Below are positions 52,944 to 64,000 of a stretch of DNA of 64,000 nucleotides, piece after piece. A model generated the notes under the pieces. The model saw nothing but the letters and a program-made list of their open reading frames with translations. It was not told the origin of the DNA and searched no databases. Each line of letters begins with the position of its first letter. The stretch's first letter is position 1. Origin of the DNA: Octopus sinensis (taxonomy: Eukaryota); NCBI RefSeq assembly GCF_006345805.1, contig NC_042997.1, forward strand, positions 66,650,001 to 66,714,000, given 5' to 3'. The position numbers were made by a program, and so were the translations under genes.

Positions 52944-54714
52944 AATGTAACTGCCTCCTCTGTCCATCTCTCTCTTTCTGTCTTTCTTTTACCTCACCAC
53001 CAGAACATCACCCTCTGCTAAATATTGTATCCTTATATATCGCTTTCTCTTTACCTTTCCCTCCCCCACCCCGCTGTACATTGTTAACACTTCTCTCTTC
53101 CTCTTTTCTCTCACTGTCATTTTCTCTTGCTCTTCACCTCACCCTTCAACTAACCACATGATGCATATGGCCTTATTATACATGTTTTTATACTTTTTCT
53201 TCACTTCTTTCTTCTATCCTCATACTTTTCCCCTCTCTCACTTTTACTCCACCTCACACTCACTCCACTTCCAACTCTCTAACTAACTAAAGTATAATGG
53301 GTGAATGAACAAGCAGATTATTATATAAGTATATATGTATATTGGAAGTTGAGCCTTATGGCAGAGATGACAAAGGACTGAGAAGATTGGTGATTTGCTG
53401 TGCTTGAAAAGACCCATCCACCTAAGTAAAATTTAGGCTCTCAAAGCATATGGCTTATCTCTGTACCGTGCACCCAATCTGTCCCTGATGAGTCCCCCAA
53501 TCACCCATCCACATAGACACAACTCATCTTCCTAACATTTCTCCTGCAACTCATCTTCTTAACATTTTCCTTTCTATCACTTTTCTGGCTATAGCACTAT
53601 TCACTCAGTTGATGTTTATGTTTAGAACTCATATTTCAACCCCCTACTGCTCACCCATCCTGGAACCTCTAACTTTTCATTACAAATTCTCACTTTTATC
53701 CCTTATCATTTTATTTTCCACTGAATGCTTCTTTCATCTCCTTTTTCCCCTTCATACCCTACATTTTGCCAACAGTAGCCCTCCTCACATTACCTTGACT
53801 TAGCTTGTAGCCAAATTTTAGAAAGTGCTTCTTGTATATAGTTATACTTACTTTCTTTGTACTGTAAAACATAAACATGTCTAAAGATGAATTTTTTAAG
53901 GTTTTTATGATGTGTAACTGAATGGTTACCAGAATGTAATGGTTGTTGTCTATGTTGAAAGCAAATATGATGATGGTGACTTCAGGAAAGAAAGACACTA
54001 GCTGAAGTTGTAGATAACATATTTATTTTTCTATTACATATAATCGTTTCCTAACCAGGACGGGCAGGTGTGCATAAAAAATTAGTCGGCAAGTATGCAA
54101 GGTAAAGAGAGTTATATTTTCATGTATGAATGTTGCTGTTTGCATGTTTAACTACTTGATGATAAAACAGGGATCAGAAGAAGATAGAGTGAATTAAGTT
54201 GAACAAATGGATAGCATAAGACTTACATGTCCTGGGTCATTTAAGCAGCAGACAGAGACAGGGTGATGTTGTCGAAACAAAAGTGAGTTAGTGAGAAGGT
54301 AAAGTAAGAGAGTAGTGGTCGAGACAACAGCATCATTGGTGAATTCCATAGTTGTCCCTCTGTGACATTTCATTCAGCTGGTCAGCTTCTTCTCTGTTGG
54401 TCACTCTCACTAACTGATTTTTCCTTGTAAACTGCTAGTACTTATAATGATACAGACTAGCTAGAAAAATGGATATACCGTTTTAACTGTAGCTAAATTA
54501 ATATAGTTCACACTTATTTACTTAAACACTCTATGATATAGCAATGTCATGGGTCAAACGGAAAATGCATTAATCAGCATTCCCTTTTGACAGAACAATA
54601 GGTTGTATGGCCAGAGAGAATTTCTAGATTCGATTTCAAATCTCAGGCAGGCCAAACAGGGTCTCTACAGATGTATAAAACTTGAAACTGAGTTTACTGT
54701 TCTGATCTCATTCT

Positions 54715-55701
54715 AGCTTCTCCACCCTTCTTGTCTCCTTTTCTTGTCAATGGTCCTTTACCATGTGGTTCTAGGATGCCCTGATGCTCTTTTCCATTTA
54801 CTTTAGTCCCACCATACAATCACTTTCTCAGTCTTGTCTGAAGACATATCCAATCCAGTTCCAGCATCTGAGTCTTATTTCATCACTGATCCTGTTGATG
54901 CGCATTGTTATCTCAGTTGTCATTTCAGACTCTCTGCAGCCACTTGATATCAAGTATTCTCCTTGAGCATGTGAATTGGAAGATGTCCATTGTTTTTTAT
55001 TCTTTTTTGTCACTTTCTTGTTTTCACATCCTTAGAGTAATTCTGGTAGATCAATATCTTGAACAGCTTCAGCTTCCTTTTGAGGCCTATACCTTTGCCT
55101 CATCATACCTTTGTCAAATTGTAGAATGCTCTTTGGGCTTTATATCTTCTGTTCCCCCTCTGTCTTTCTTAATTGCTGTTCCAAGCTAAACAAATTCTTT
55201 GATAACTTCCACCTCGTTGTTGCCAATTCTCACATGAATTTGTTGTCTGGCATTATTCTTTAGTGTTTTACATTTTTCTGAGTTGTGTTTAAGGCAATTC
55301 TGTGAGGGTTCTCTGCCAGTCGGTGTGTCTTGCTCTGGATGTATTTATAGGTGGATGATAGAAATACTATGTCATCTGTGAAGTTGAGAGATTTGTGTGT
55401 GCTTATTAGGTTTCATTAATGCCATTCCTATACCTTTCTTTTGTTCTTCACATGACCCAGCCTACTGCCAAAAGAAACAAGAAGTCTGACATAACACATC
55501 CCTGCTTGACTCCAGTTGTGACCTTAAATCACTTCATCTTGTCCCCATTGTCCACTACTGTGCATTCAAGTTTGTTATACATGGTCTGCACCATCCTTGT
55601 CAGTTTGTCAGGATATTTGCTTCTTTGACTTTGAAAAAGCCTTCGACTCAGTCCACTGTGAAGGACAGTGGAAAATAATGAGATCATATGGCATTACTGA
55701 C
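54715..55701 (-). mobile_element. RTE-clade LINE RT fragment with an inverted 5' piece (55622-55701, plus strand)
   Basis: Minus: PDKLTRMVQTMY...FKVTTGVKQGCVMSDFLFLL. Plus piece: FDFEKAFDSVH...WKIMRSYGITD. Confidence 0.8.
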
Positions 55702-56831
55702 ATTTGCAACACATAAAACAGAGTCAATTGTAACAAATGTGTTTTATTCAGCAAGAGATCTGGGGTAGACAACATTTCTTCTGCAGTTTGAAACTCTCAA
55801 GAAAGTGTATCTGCTTAGCCCAGCATATTAGCGAGTAACATAGAGCTGACCATGAAAGAACATGAACTTGTCTGGCAAACTTAGTAATGTTACTCAGGCA
55901 TATCAAGCAACTACTCTCAGGTCATTGAATGAGGTTGGATTATAAATATTGTGCCTGAGATTAAAATAGGTTATTAAAATTATTCATTTAAAAGTCATGC
56001 CTTGAAAAAGATAGCATGCAGTTTCAGGCAATGGACTAGACTCTTATTCATTGGAGTGTCTTGTATTCCCAGCCAAAAACAAAAGTAAAATGGAAGAGAT
56101 ACAGAGTTAAAAGTCCCCTTTCACATACGCACATATATGCATGCACACACACATACATGCACATGCAAAAATTACTATATAATTTATTCTTTCATTGTTT
56201 CAAGTTAAATTTTCACATATATATGTAATTATCAGATCATGTTTACTTACAGTTTTCTACCAATATCTGTAAAATATTGAGAAACAATTACATTTCAAAC
56301 ACATGAAGAGAGTATATAGTGGCACATTGTCTCTAATAAAATTATTTATCTATAAATCATATCTTCAGAAAATTAGTAGAAATTCATATGTATGTATGTG
56401 TATTTATGTGGGTGTATGTGTGTGTGTGTATGTATGTATGTATGTATGTATGTATGTATGTATGTATGTATGTATGTATGTATGTATGTATGTATGTATG
56501 TATGTATGTATATATATATATATATATATGCATGCATAGATTTATATTCATATAGATATACGTATATGCATATAGTTGATTGAAGCTAAATTTTTTTATC
56601 TCAAGTTTCATGCACAGTCACATGGTTTAAGTCATAAGACAAAAATTAAATAAACTATGTGTATATATTTATATGGATATAAACATATGCATATATACAT
56701 AGTGATTGCTCTGTCTTTAATGACGATTCCCATCTCTCTGAGCTTCTTCATTGGCAGTGACATTTCTGACATTCTGTCTATGACCTCTTAGATGACTATT
56801 CAGTGCTGCTGCAGATCAGCATGGTCTAAAG

Positions 56832-57625
56832 CAGTGGTTCTCAACTGGGGTCCATATAAGATTTTTGAGGGTCCATGTAACAAAATAGTAAACTGGTAAA
56901 CTGGGGACCTGCAATAGTATTTTAAGGGCCCTGAAAAAATTTAGTTTTAGGTGTATGTATCAGTATGAATTGTAAGAAACAGCTACGCTTCTTTATCTAA
57001 CATTTTACTTAGTTCAACCTACACAAGTTAATGTGTGTAAAACAAAATAGGAATTTTGAAAGAAGTTTTCAGGAGTGGCTGTGTGGTAAGTAGCTTGCTT
57101 ACCAACCACATGGTTCCTGGTTCAGTCCCAATGCATGGCACTTTGGGCAAGTGTCTTCTACTATAGCCTCAGGTCAACCAAAGCCTTGTGAGTGGATTTG
57201 GTAGACGGAAGCTGAAAGAAGCCCGTCATATATATGTATATATATATGTGTGTGTGTGTGTTTGTGTGTCTGTGTTTGTCCCCCCAACATTGCTTGACAA
57301 CCAATGCTGATGTGTTTACGTCCCCCATAACATGGCAGTTCAGCAAAAGAGACCGATAGAATAAGTACTAGGCTTACAAAGAATAAGTCCTGGGGTCAAT
57401 TTGCTCGACTAAAGGCGGTGCTCCAGCATGGCAGCAGTCAAAATGACTGAAACAAGTAAAAGAGTAAGAGTAAAAGAGTTTTTAAACATCAAATGGCTAT
57501 GGAGGTCCACCAGAATAAAATAGTAATCAAAGGGGTCCACAGGTAAAAAAATGGTTGAGAAAAAAATTGAGGAAAATGGTTGAGAAAAAATAGTAAACAA
57601 AGGGGTCCATGGGTAAAAAATGGTT
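56832..57625. mobile_element. hAT/Charlie-like MITE with a nested family A SINE (57070-57479)
   Basis: CAGTGGTTCTCAAC left end; duplicated, degenerate GGTTGAGAA right-end motifs. Confidence 0.6.
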
Positions 57626-57689
57626 TAAAGCATAAGTGACAGATGAAAGTTGTAACTCTCACTAGATTAATTGGATCACTCTGTGAAAT

Positions 57690-58075
57690 ATGAACCTTAC
57701 GAACCACCATGTGTAACTTCAGGCCCAAAATCAACTTGCAAGCCCTTTCACACACTACAAATATCAAATCAACTGATCTAGGAGGAAGTCATTGCATACA
57801 GTTGATCTTTATGGGACTTCAGATGATTGGCATACCTGGCCTTCAAAGGGAGTATATGGCCACATATTTCACACCTCCAGCCCTGTATGTTCTCAATGAG
57901 ATCCTGATGAGAAGCCCCTCTGAAGCCAGTGTTTTAGGCTTTCAAGCTCAAGGTAACCCTCTTCAAAAGTTTTATGACCTTCCTTTATACACTTCCTTCA
58001 CTCAGTACTTTCCAAAGCTAGTTCTTCCCAACTCTTTACATTGACCTGCAGTTCCTTCAGCTCATCTTTTATGCA
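57690..58075 (-). mobile_element. RTE (BovB-like) C-terminal zinc-finger relic
   Basis: WRCEICGHILPLKARYANHLKSH and VCERACKLILGLKLHMVV. Confidence 0.6.
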
Positions 58076-58155
58076 GTCTTTGTACCTTTTTCGTGGTTTG
58101 TGTTATGGATACTTTTCAGTGCACAACTCACCATACAACAGTTACTTTATCATGT

Positions 58156-58186
<31 letters not shown>

Positions 58187-58297
58187 CACACTCTGTAACA
58201 TATATTAAGCACACCTCTTTCATTCATTCAACATAAATCAGTATTCATATCAATGCACACATGCATGTGTGTGTGTGCATGTGTGTGTGTGCATGTG

Positions 58298-58343
<46 letters not shown>

Positions 58344-60451
58344 GTGTGTGTACACTTACATATGTAGGTAAAGGATGTCCTTGTTTATAATAGCAAGGGT
58401 ACTAATAGACAAAATAAAAAGCTTGATACTTCAGGAAGTAGAGTTAAATATATTAATTTATTTAAGTATTAGTAGTTTACAGGCTTATAAATCTTTTTCA
58501 GATCAAAGCAGACTCATGCATTTATGCATACTCATAAGTGGCCTTTGGCAGAGCCATTAAATTGTTGGTTAAAATGCATTGCACATACTCATCTGACACT
58601 TTCGTGTAGACTTACCATGCATTTGCAACAAAGGGATATCACAAAGCATAACACAATAAAACAAAATTAGATAGGAAAATAATTGACGATAATATTTACT
58701 CTATAAAATTCCTCACAAAATTAGAAGATTAATCATGGAAACCATACTCATATTGCAATATAATCCTTTCTACCATAGGCACAAGGCCTGAAATTTTGGG
58801 GGAGGGTGTTAGTTGATTACATCGACCACAGTGTTTCACTGGTACTTAATTTATTAACCTCAAAATGATGAAAGGCAAAGTCAACCTTGGCGGAACTTGA
58901 GCTCAAAATGTAGCAACAGGCAAAATACCAGTAAGCAATTTGTCCAGCATGCCAACGATTCTGCCAGCTCACCACCAAAGTAAACATGCAAACATTATAC
59001 ACATAGGAAAAAATTAACATGTAGCTACTAATATAAATAGGTAGTGGTAAAAATTTAACCAAAACAAACAAATCAATATGTGACTGGTGCTGGATGAGAC
59101 TAATAATCAAGAACCTTTGGCAGGTAAGTCTCTAGATGAATTTAACTAGTATATTAGAAACAACACAGATGCCAAGTATATTCATTTCTTGTAAATGTAA
59201 CTGAATGAAACATCGAATATATTTGTAGCAACTTTATCATTCAAAATTAAGAGTAAAAAAATATAGAAAGTTTAAAACAAAAGAAATAAAACTTGAACAC
59301 AGTTGTGCTTTTTAATGAAACTTATACATATATATCATCATCATCATCATCATCATCATCTTTTAACATCCATTCTCCATGCTGGCATGATTTGGATGGT
59401 TTGATAGAAGTTGGCCAGCTGGAGAGCTGCCCAGGTTCCATTTGTCTGTTATGGTATGGTTTCTGCAGCTGAATGCCCTTCATAATGCTAATCCCTTTGC
59501 AGAGTGTACTAAGTGTTTTTTACATGGCACAATCATGAGCCCTTTTATGTGACATCAGCACAACTATTTTTATGTGGCAGCAGCATGGGCACTTTTACAT
59601 GGTATTGATACAGGTGCTTTTATGTGACACTAGTGTGGGTACTTTTACATAGCACCAGCACACAGGAGCTTGCAAGACTCTGCTGAGAGAGAGGGATGTA
59701 GAAGAAATGCAGGTATGCATGGACAGCCATGGTTTTACTCATCTTAATGTGTCTTTTCAAGCACAGCAAACTGCCAAAAGTTTCAGTCCCTCGTCATCTC
59801 CTCTGTGAGGTCTAATGTCTAAAGATCCTTTCTCACCACTTCATCCCACATCTTTCTGGATCTACCCCTTCTGCTGATTCTCTCCACAATTAACAATCAG
59901 CATATCTTGATGCAGTTGTCCTCATCCTATATATATAACCCTAACCCATACCAGCACAGTCTTCTATCACGCACACTACATTTCATGCCTTACATACCCA
60001 GTTATCCTGTTAAATCATATACACTCTATTGTACATGCAAGTTGACATTACCCATCCAGCAGAGCATGCTGGCTTCATTTCTTTCGAGCCTTCGCATGTC
60101 CTCAGTAGTCACAGGCCATGTGGCTGGTCATGCACAGGCATCATATAATCTGCCTTTTACTCTGAGGAAGAGGCCCTTCGTTACCAACAAAGGTAGCAGT
60201 TCTCCAAGCTTTGTCCATATATATAATGGATTCTCTCATCATGAATGACAAATGAGGGTTCTGTAAAATAAAGTGGTAATCATGTTCTATAGACATGGAT
60301 GTCTCTTGAGGCTTGCTGGTGCCTTGGAAATCTTTTGGTGAATGGAGCAAGTTGGTGACTCAGTTTACTATGTGTTTTCTGATCTTTGCCCATATACGTG
60401 TGTGTGTGTGTGTGTGTACAGAGTGTTTGAAGTGGTGTACAGATATTATAT

Positions 60452-60886
60452 ATTGAAAAAAAGGAGGCAGTCAGAATATTGGATAATCCTTTATTAGTGC
60501 TTTCATTCGTTTACGAACCGGACAAGACAAAATCAAAATCAAAATAGTAAAAACAGAATGTTTCGTTGTTCATTTATATGAATGGGATGTTTTTTGTTTT
60601 TCTTTTTTGTTTAGAAGAGAATATTGTTTTTGGTTTTTGGGAAAAAGGAAAGAGAGAAAGAAAGAAATGAAAAGCAGTGGAGGTGGGTGAAATAGACAGA
60701 GAGATGGTTTTTAGGACAATCAAGAAAGAGGAGAAAAAAAAAATAATAATAAAGGATGGGGTAAGGATAGATGAACAACGGAATGGTTTTTTTTTATCAT
60801 TTTGATTTTGTCTTGATGAGTTCTTAAACAAATGAAAGTGCTAATAAATTATTATCCAAAAGTCTGACTGCCTCCTTTTCTTCAAT
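60452..60886. repeat. Fold-back element with ~120-bp inverted arms
   Basis: 60452-60573 aligns by eye to the reverse complement of 60771-60886. Confidence 0.85.
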
Positions 60887-61183
60887 GCCCAGTGGTTAGG
60901 GCAGCGAACTCGCGGTTGTAGGATCGCGGTTTCGATTCCCAGACCGGGCATTGTGAGTGTTTATTGAGTGAAAACACCTAAAGCTACAGGAGGCTCCGGC
61001 AGGGGTGGGGGGAGGATCCCTGCTGTACTCTTTCGCTGCAACTTTCTCTCACTCTTCCTTCTGTTGGCCTGCTCGCTTAGCCAGTGGGGTGGCATCATTT
61101 GAAGGCTAAAACAATGCCAAGCGCATTGTGACCAGCGATGTGTAGCAGCATCTGATAACCTGGTCAGTCATGTGATCACGTGA
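60887..61183 (+). mobile_element. tRNA-derived SINE, fourth family
   Basis: CCCAGTGGTTAGGGCAGCG (A-box-like) and GGTTTCGATTCCC (B box), followed by a non-tRNA body. Confidence 0.6.
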
Positions 61184-62509
61184 AATATATATATAGTTTC
61201 AAATTTTTGCACAAGGCATACATTGGCCCAAGTTTCAACTGGTACTTATTTTATCAACCCTGAAAGAATTAAATCTCTGTGAAATTTGAATGCGGAAAGT
61301 AAAGAGTTAGAAGAAATGCCACTAAGCATTTTGTCGGATGTGCTAACAATTCTGCCAGCTCACCTTATATATCGTGTGTGTGTATGTGTGTGTATTTATA
61401 TATGTATGTATATATGAGTGTATGTATATGTACATGTATTTATGTACATATGAATAAATGAATATGTGTGTGTGTATAGTTACATAAACATATATATTTA
61501 GGCATGTGTGGTGGTGGTGGGTAGTCATATATTCTAATTTTTCATTTGTCCTCATTTAACATTTACTATCGTTTGACCTAATTTCACTGGTATATTTATA
61601 TTTTTACCTCTATTACTCAATCCTACAGTGTTTTCCATTGATCAAAATACAGGATCAATACAATTGTGTATTCACAGGAGAAGAGACCCACTATATGTTT
61701 GCTTGACCAGTAGGAAATAGCAGCCAAATCTAATCTCAACTCATACTACACTACTTTTAAAAATGAAAGGACAAATTAAATAATGTTGTCCATAATAGTC
61801 CATGCAAGACATTTCTGATCCAAGGTCAACTAAATCAAGATTACCATAGAGTTAAACTTGTAAAACACACACATTATATATACATACACATATAGCTGTG
61901 TGTGTGTGTGTGTGTATGTGTACATGCACTTATATATTTCATGTAATGTTCATTTATACAAAGGCTAAACAACCAATCTGAACCATGATTTCATTCAGTT
62001 GGTTTTTTGCTGACTTGTAAGTGTTAGCAGATTGAGCTCATATATGCCATTGAACCATCCACCCAATACTCTCTCTCTCTCTCTCTTTACAAATATGTCA
62101 TCATCATCATCATTTAACATCTGCTTTCCATACTGTCATGGGTTGGATAATTTGATAGGAGCTCATACAGCCGAGTGCCACACTAGGCTCCATTGTCTGT
62201 TCTGGCATGGTTTCTATGGCTGGATGCCCTTCCTAGCAGCAAATATATATGCACATATATCTGTGTGTGTGTGTGTGTGTGTGTAGTTCAAATTTCCAGA
62301 AAACAAAAGACGAAAACAGGTGTAAGAACAACAAGCAGGTGTATTAGTTTAACACTCAGGAAGAATGGAAAAGTCTTTTATGTTTTGAGCCTACTTTTAT
62401 CCTGTTTTGACAGACAAGATTAAGAGGAAAAAGAAAGGAGAGAGAATGGAAAATAACAGGGAGAAAAAAATGTGTAGGGATTAACAGTCCAACATGATGA
62501 AATAGATAA

Positions 62510-62557
<48 letters not shown>

Positions 62558-62559
62558 CA

Positions 62560-63140
62560 TTATCATCATCATCATCGTTTAGCGTCCGCTTTCCATGCTA
62601 GCATGGGTTGGACGGTTCAACTGGGGTCTGGGAAGCCAGAAGGCTGCACCAGGCCCAGTTTGATCTGGCAATGTTTCTACGGCTGGATGCCCTTCCTAAC
62701 GCCAACCACTCCATGAGTGTAGCGGGTGCTTTTTACGTGCCACCGGTACAGGTGCCAGACGAGTCTGGCAAACGGCCACGATCAGATGGTGCTTTTTATG
62801 TGCCACTGGCACGGGGGCCAGGCGAGGCTGGCAACGGCCACGAACGGATGGTGCTTTTTACATGCCACCGGCATGAGGCCAGTCGGGGCGGCGCTGGCAA
62901 CGGCCACAAATGGATGGTGCTTTTTACGTGCCACCAGCACGAAGCCAGTCGGGGCAGCGCTGGCAACGGCCACGTTCAGGTGGTTCTCTTACGTGCCACC
63001 GGCACTGGTAACTCAGCTGCAATTTCCATTGATCGATTTCGATTCTGATTTCCACTTGCCTCAACAGGTCTTCACAAGAAGAGTTTTGTGTCCCAAGAAG
63101 GGAAGGTATGCATAAGTATGCAGAAGGCCACGGGTTATGG
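62560..63140 (-). mobile_element. RTE 3' UTR fragment with an expanded GC-rich ~60-66 bp VNTR (62725-63010)
   Basis: (CAT)n tail, CGTCCGCTTTCCATGC end motif, about 4.5 units of GGTGCTTTTTACGTGCCACCGGCA...CTGGCAACGGCCAC. Confidence 0.7.
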
Positions 63141-63416
63141 TTATATATATATATATATATGAATAAATGAAAGAACGGAGTCGAACAAAGATGTTAACAA
63201 AATTCTTTCATTTATTCATATACAACACACAAATTTCTGTTAACAAAATTCTTTCATTTATTCATATACAACACACAAATTTCTGCACATGAACCCGGAG
63301 TTTCTACCCTTGACAGGTCGCTTCAACCATGTTTCTGACGTGAATTTGCTACCCAGGTTTCAGTTAAATGAATTTTCCATGCTGACGATAAACATAGGAT
63401 AATTCATTCACCTACT

Positions 63417-63448
<32 letters not shown>

Positions 63449-63625
63449 CACATTCTTTTAGTCTTTTACTTGTTTTAGTCATTAGACTGTGGCCATATAT
63501 ATATATATACACACAACAGGCTTCTCTCAGTTTCCATCTACCAAAGCCACTCACAAGGCTTTGCTCGGTCTGAGGCTACAGCAGAAGACATATATGCATA
63601 CATACAGCCATGCCTGTATGCATGC

Positions 63626-63658
<33 letters not shown>

Positions 63659-63664
63659 TATATT

Positions 63665-64000
63665 TCAGGTCACTTTCGAGTGCTACTGGTAACATGTAAT
63701 CCAGTACAACCTGTTGCATGGTCGGGTTGGCAGCGACTAAACCGGCAACCCCACCAAGCTTGCTTGGTGAGGAGGGTGTTTATTGAACACCTTACGGGAT
63801 GATGAACAAAACCCGTCAAAGGGCGGAGGAACTCTTGAGAGTCAACTGCCATCCAATAAATGTCTTAAGGCTGCATCATGTGCGGGGACATAGAAATAAT
63901 CGGACTGAATACCCGATCGCACGGTTAAAACATTGGGAGTGAAGGACTCCTAGCCTTTGTTAGGGCATCCTTCTAGGAGAAGGTAACTCAGGTAACTGGG
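63665..64000 (+). mobile_element. Probable RTE LINE 5' UTR running off the window end
   Basis: CpG-retaining sequence ending GGGCATCCTTCTAGGAGAAGGTAACTC, resembling the RTE 5'-UTR motif CTAGGAGAAGGAAAACTC. Confidence 0.45.

Noticed and set aside
53850-58700. Strong minus-strand GTAAGT donors (~53850, ~56250, 58615) as alternative GLB1 first exons or microexons
   Set aside because: None gives Met plus signal peptide in phase 0; 50761-50699 fits far better. They could be 5' UTR exons but nothing here supports that.
61167-61183. GTCATGTGATCACGTGA as a double CLEAR element
   Set aside because: Lies at the 3' end of a SINE, 10 kb from the start codon; most likely an element feature.

Overview
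AT-rich, microsatellite-laden animal DNA; the SINE, LINE and mariner repertoire suggests an octopod cephalopod (inference from pattern recognition). One host gene is supported: a GLB1-type lysosomal beta-galactosidase (GH35) on the minus strand. Its signal-peptide exon 1 (50761-50699, MTAIILTSLLLSLSIVPVFSQ) splices in phase 0 across a ~26.6 kb intron to exon 2 (24109-23943, [56 protein letters not shown]). I could not find exon 3, so intron 2 probably runs past the window start. The rest is intronic or upstream DNA filled with decayed mobile elements: R4/Dong, CRE, CR1 and RTE LINEs, a Penelope-like element (PLE), Tc1/mariner/pogo, piggyBac- and hAT-like MITEs, Helitrons, several tRNA-derived SINE families, a 28S rRNA fragment, kilobase (TA/TACA)n arrays and a 100-N gap. 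Most interesting: (1) an exact head-to-tail dimer of a composite Helitron (A|TC...CTAG|TC...CTAG|T) carrying captured mariner DNA; (2) minimal hammerhead ribozyme relics of PLE type, one with an intact core; (3) a tRNA-like Pol III promoter between the PLE endonuclease and its pLTR/hammerhead; (4) candidate chimeric retrocopies (28S+SINE, SINE+CRE); (5) a twin-priming-like inversion in an RTE; (6) a uORF overlapping the GLB1 start codon and a possible alternative exon 2. No prokaryotic systems or CRISPR arrays. All alignments were done by eye, so TE boundaries are approximate.
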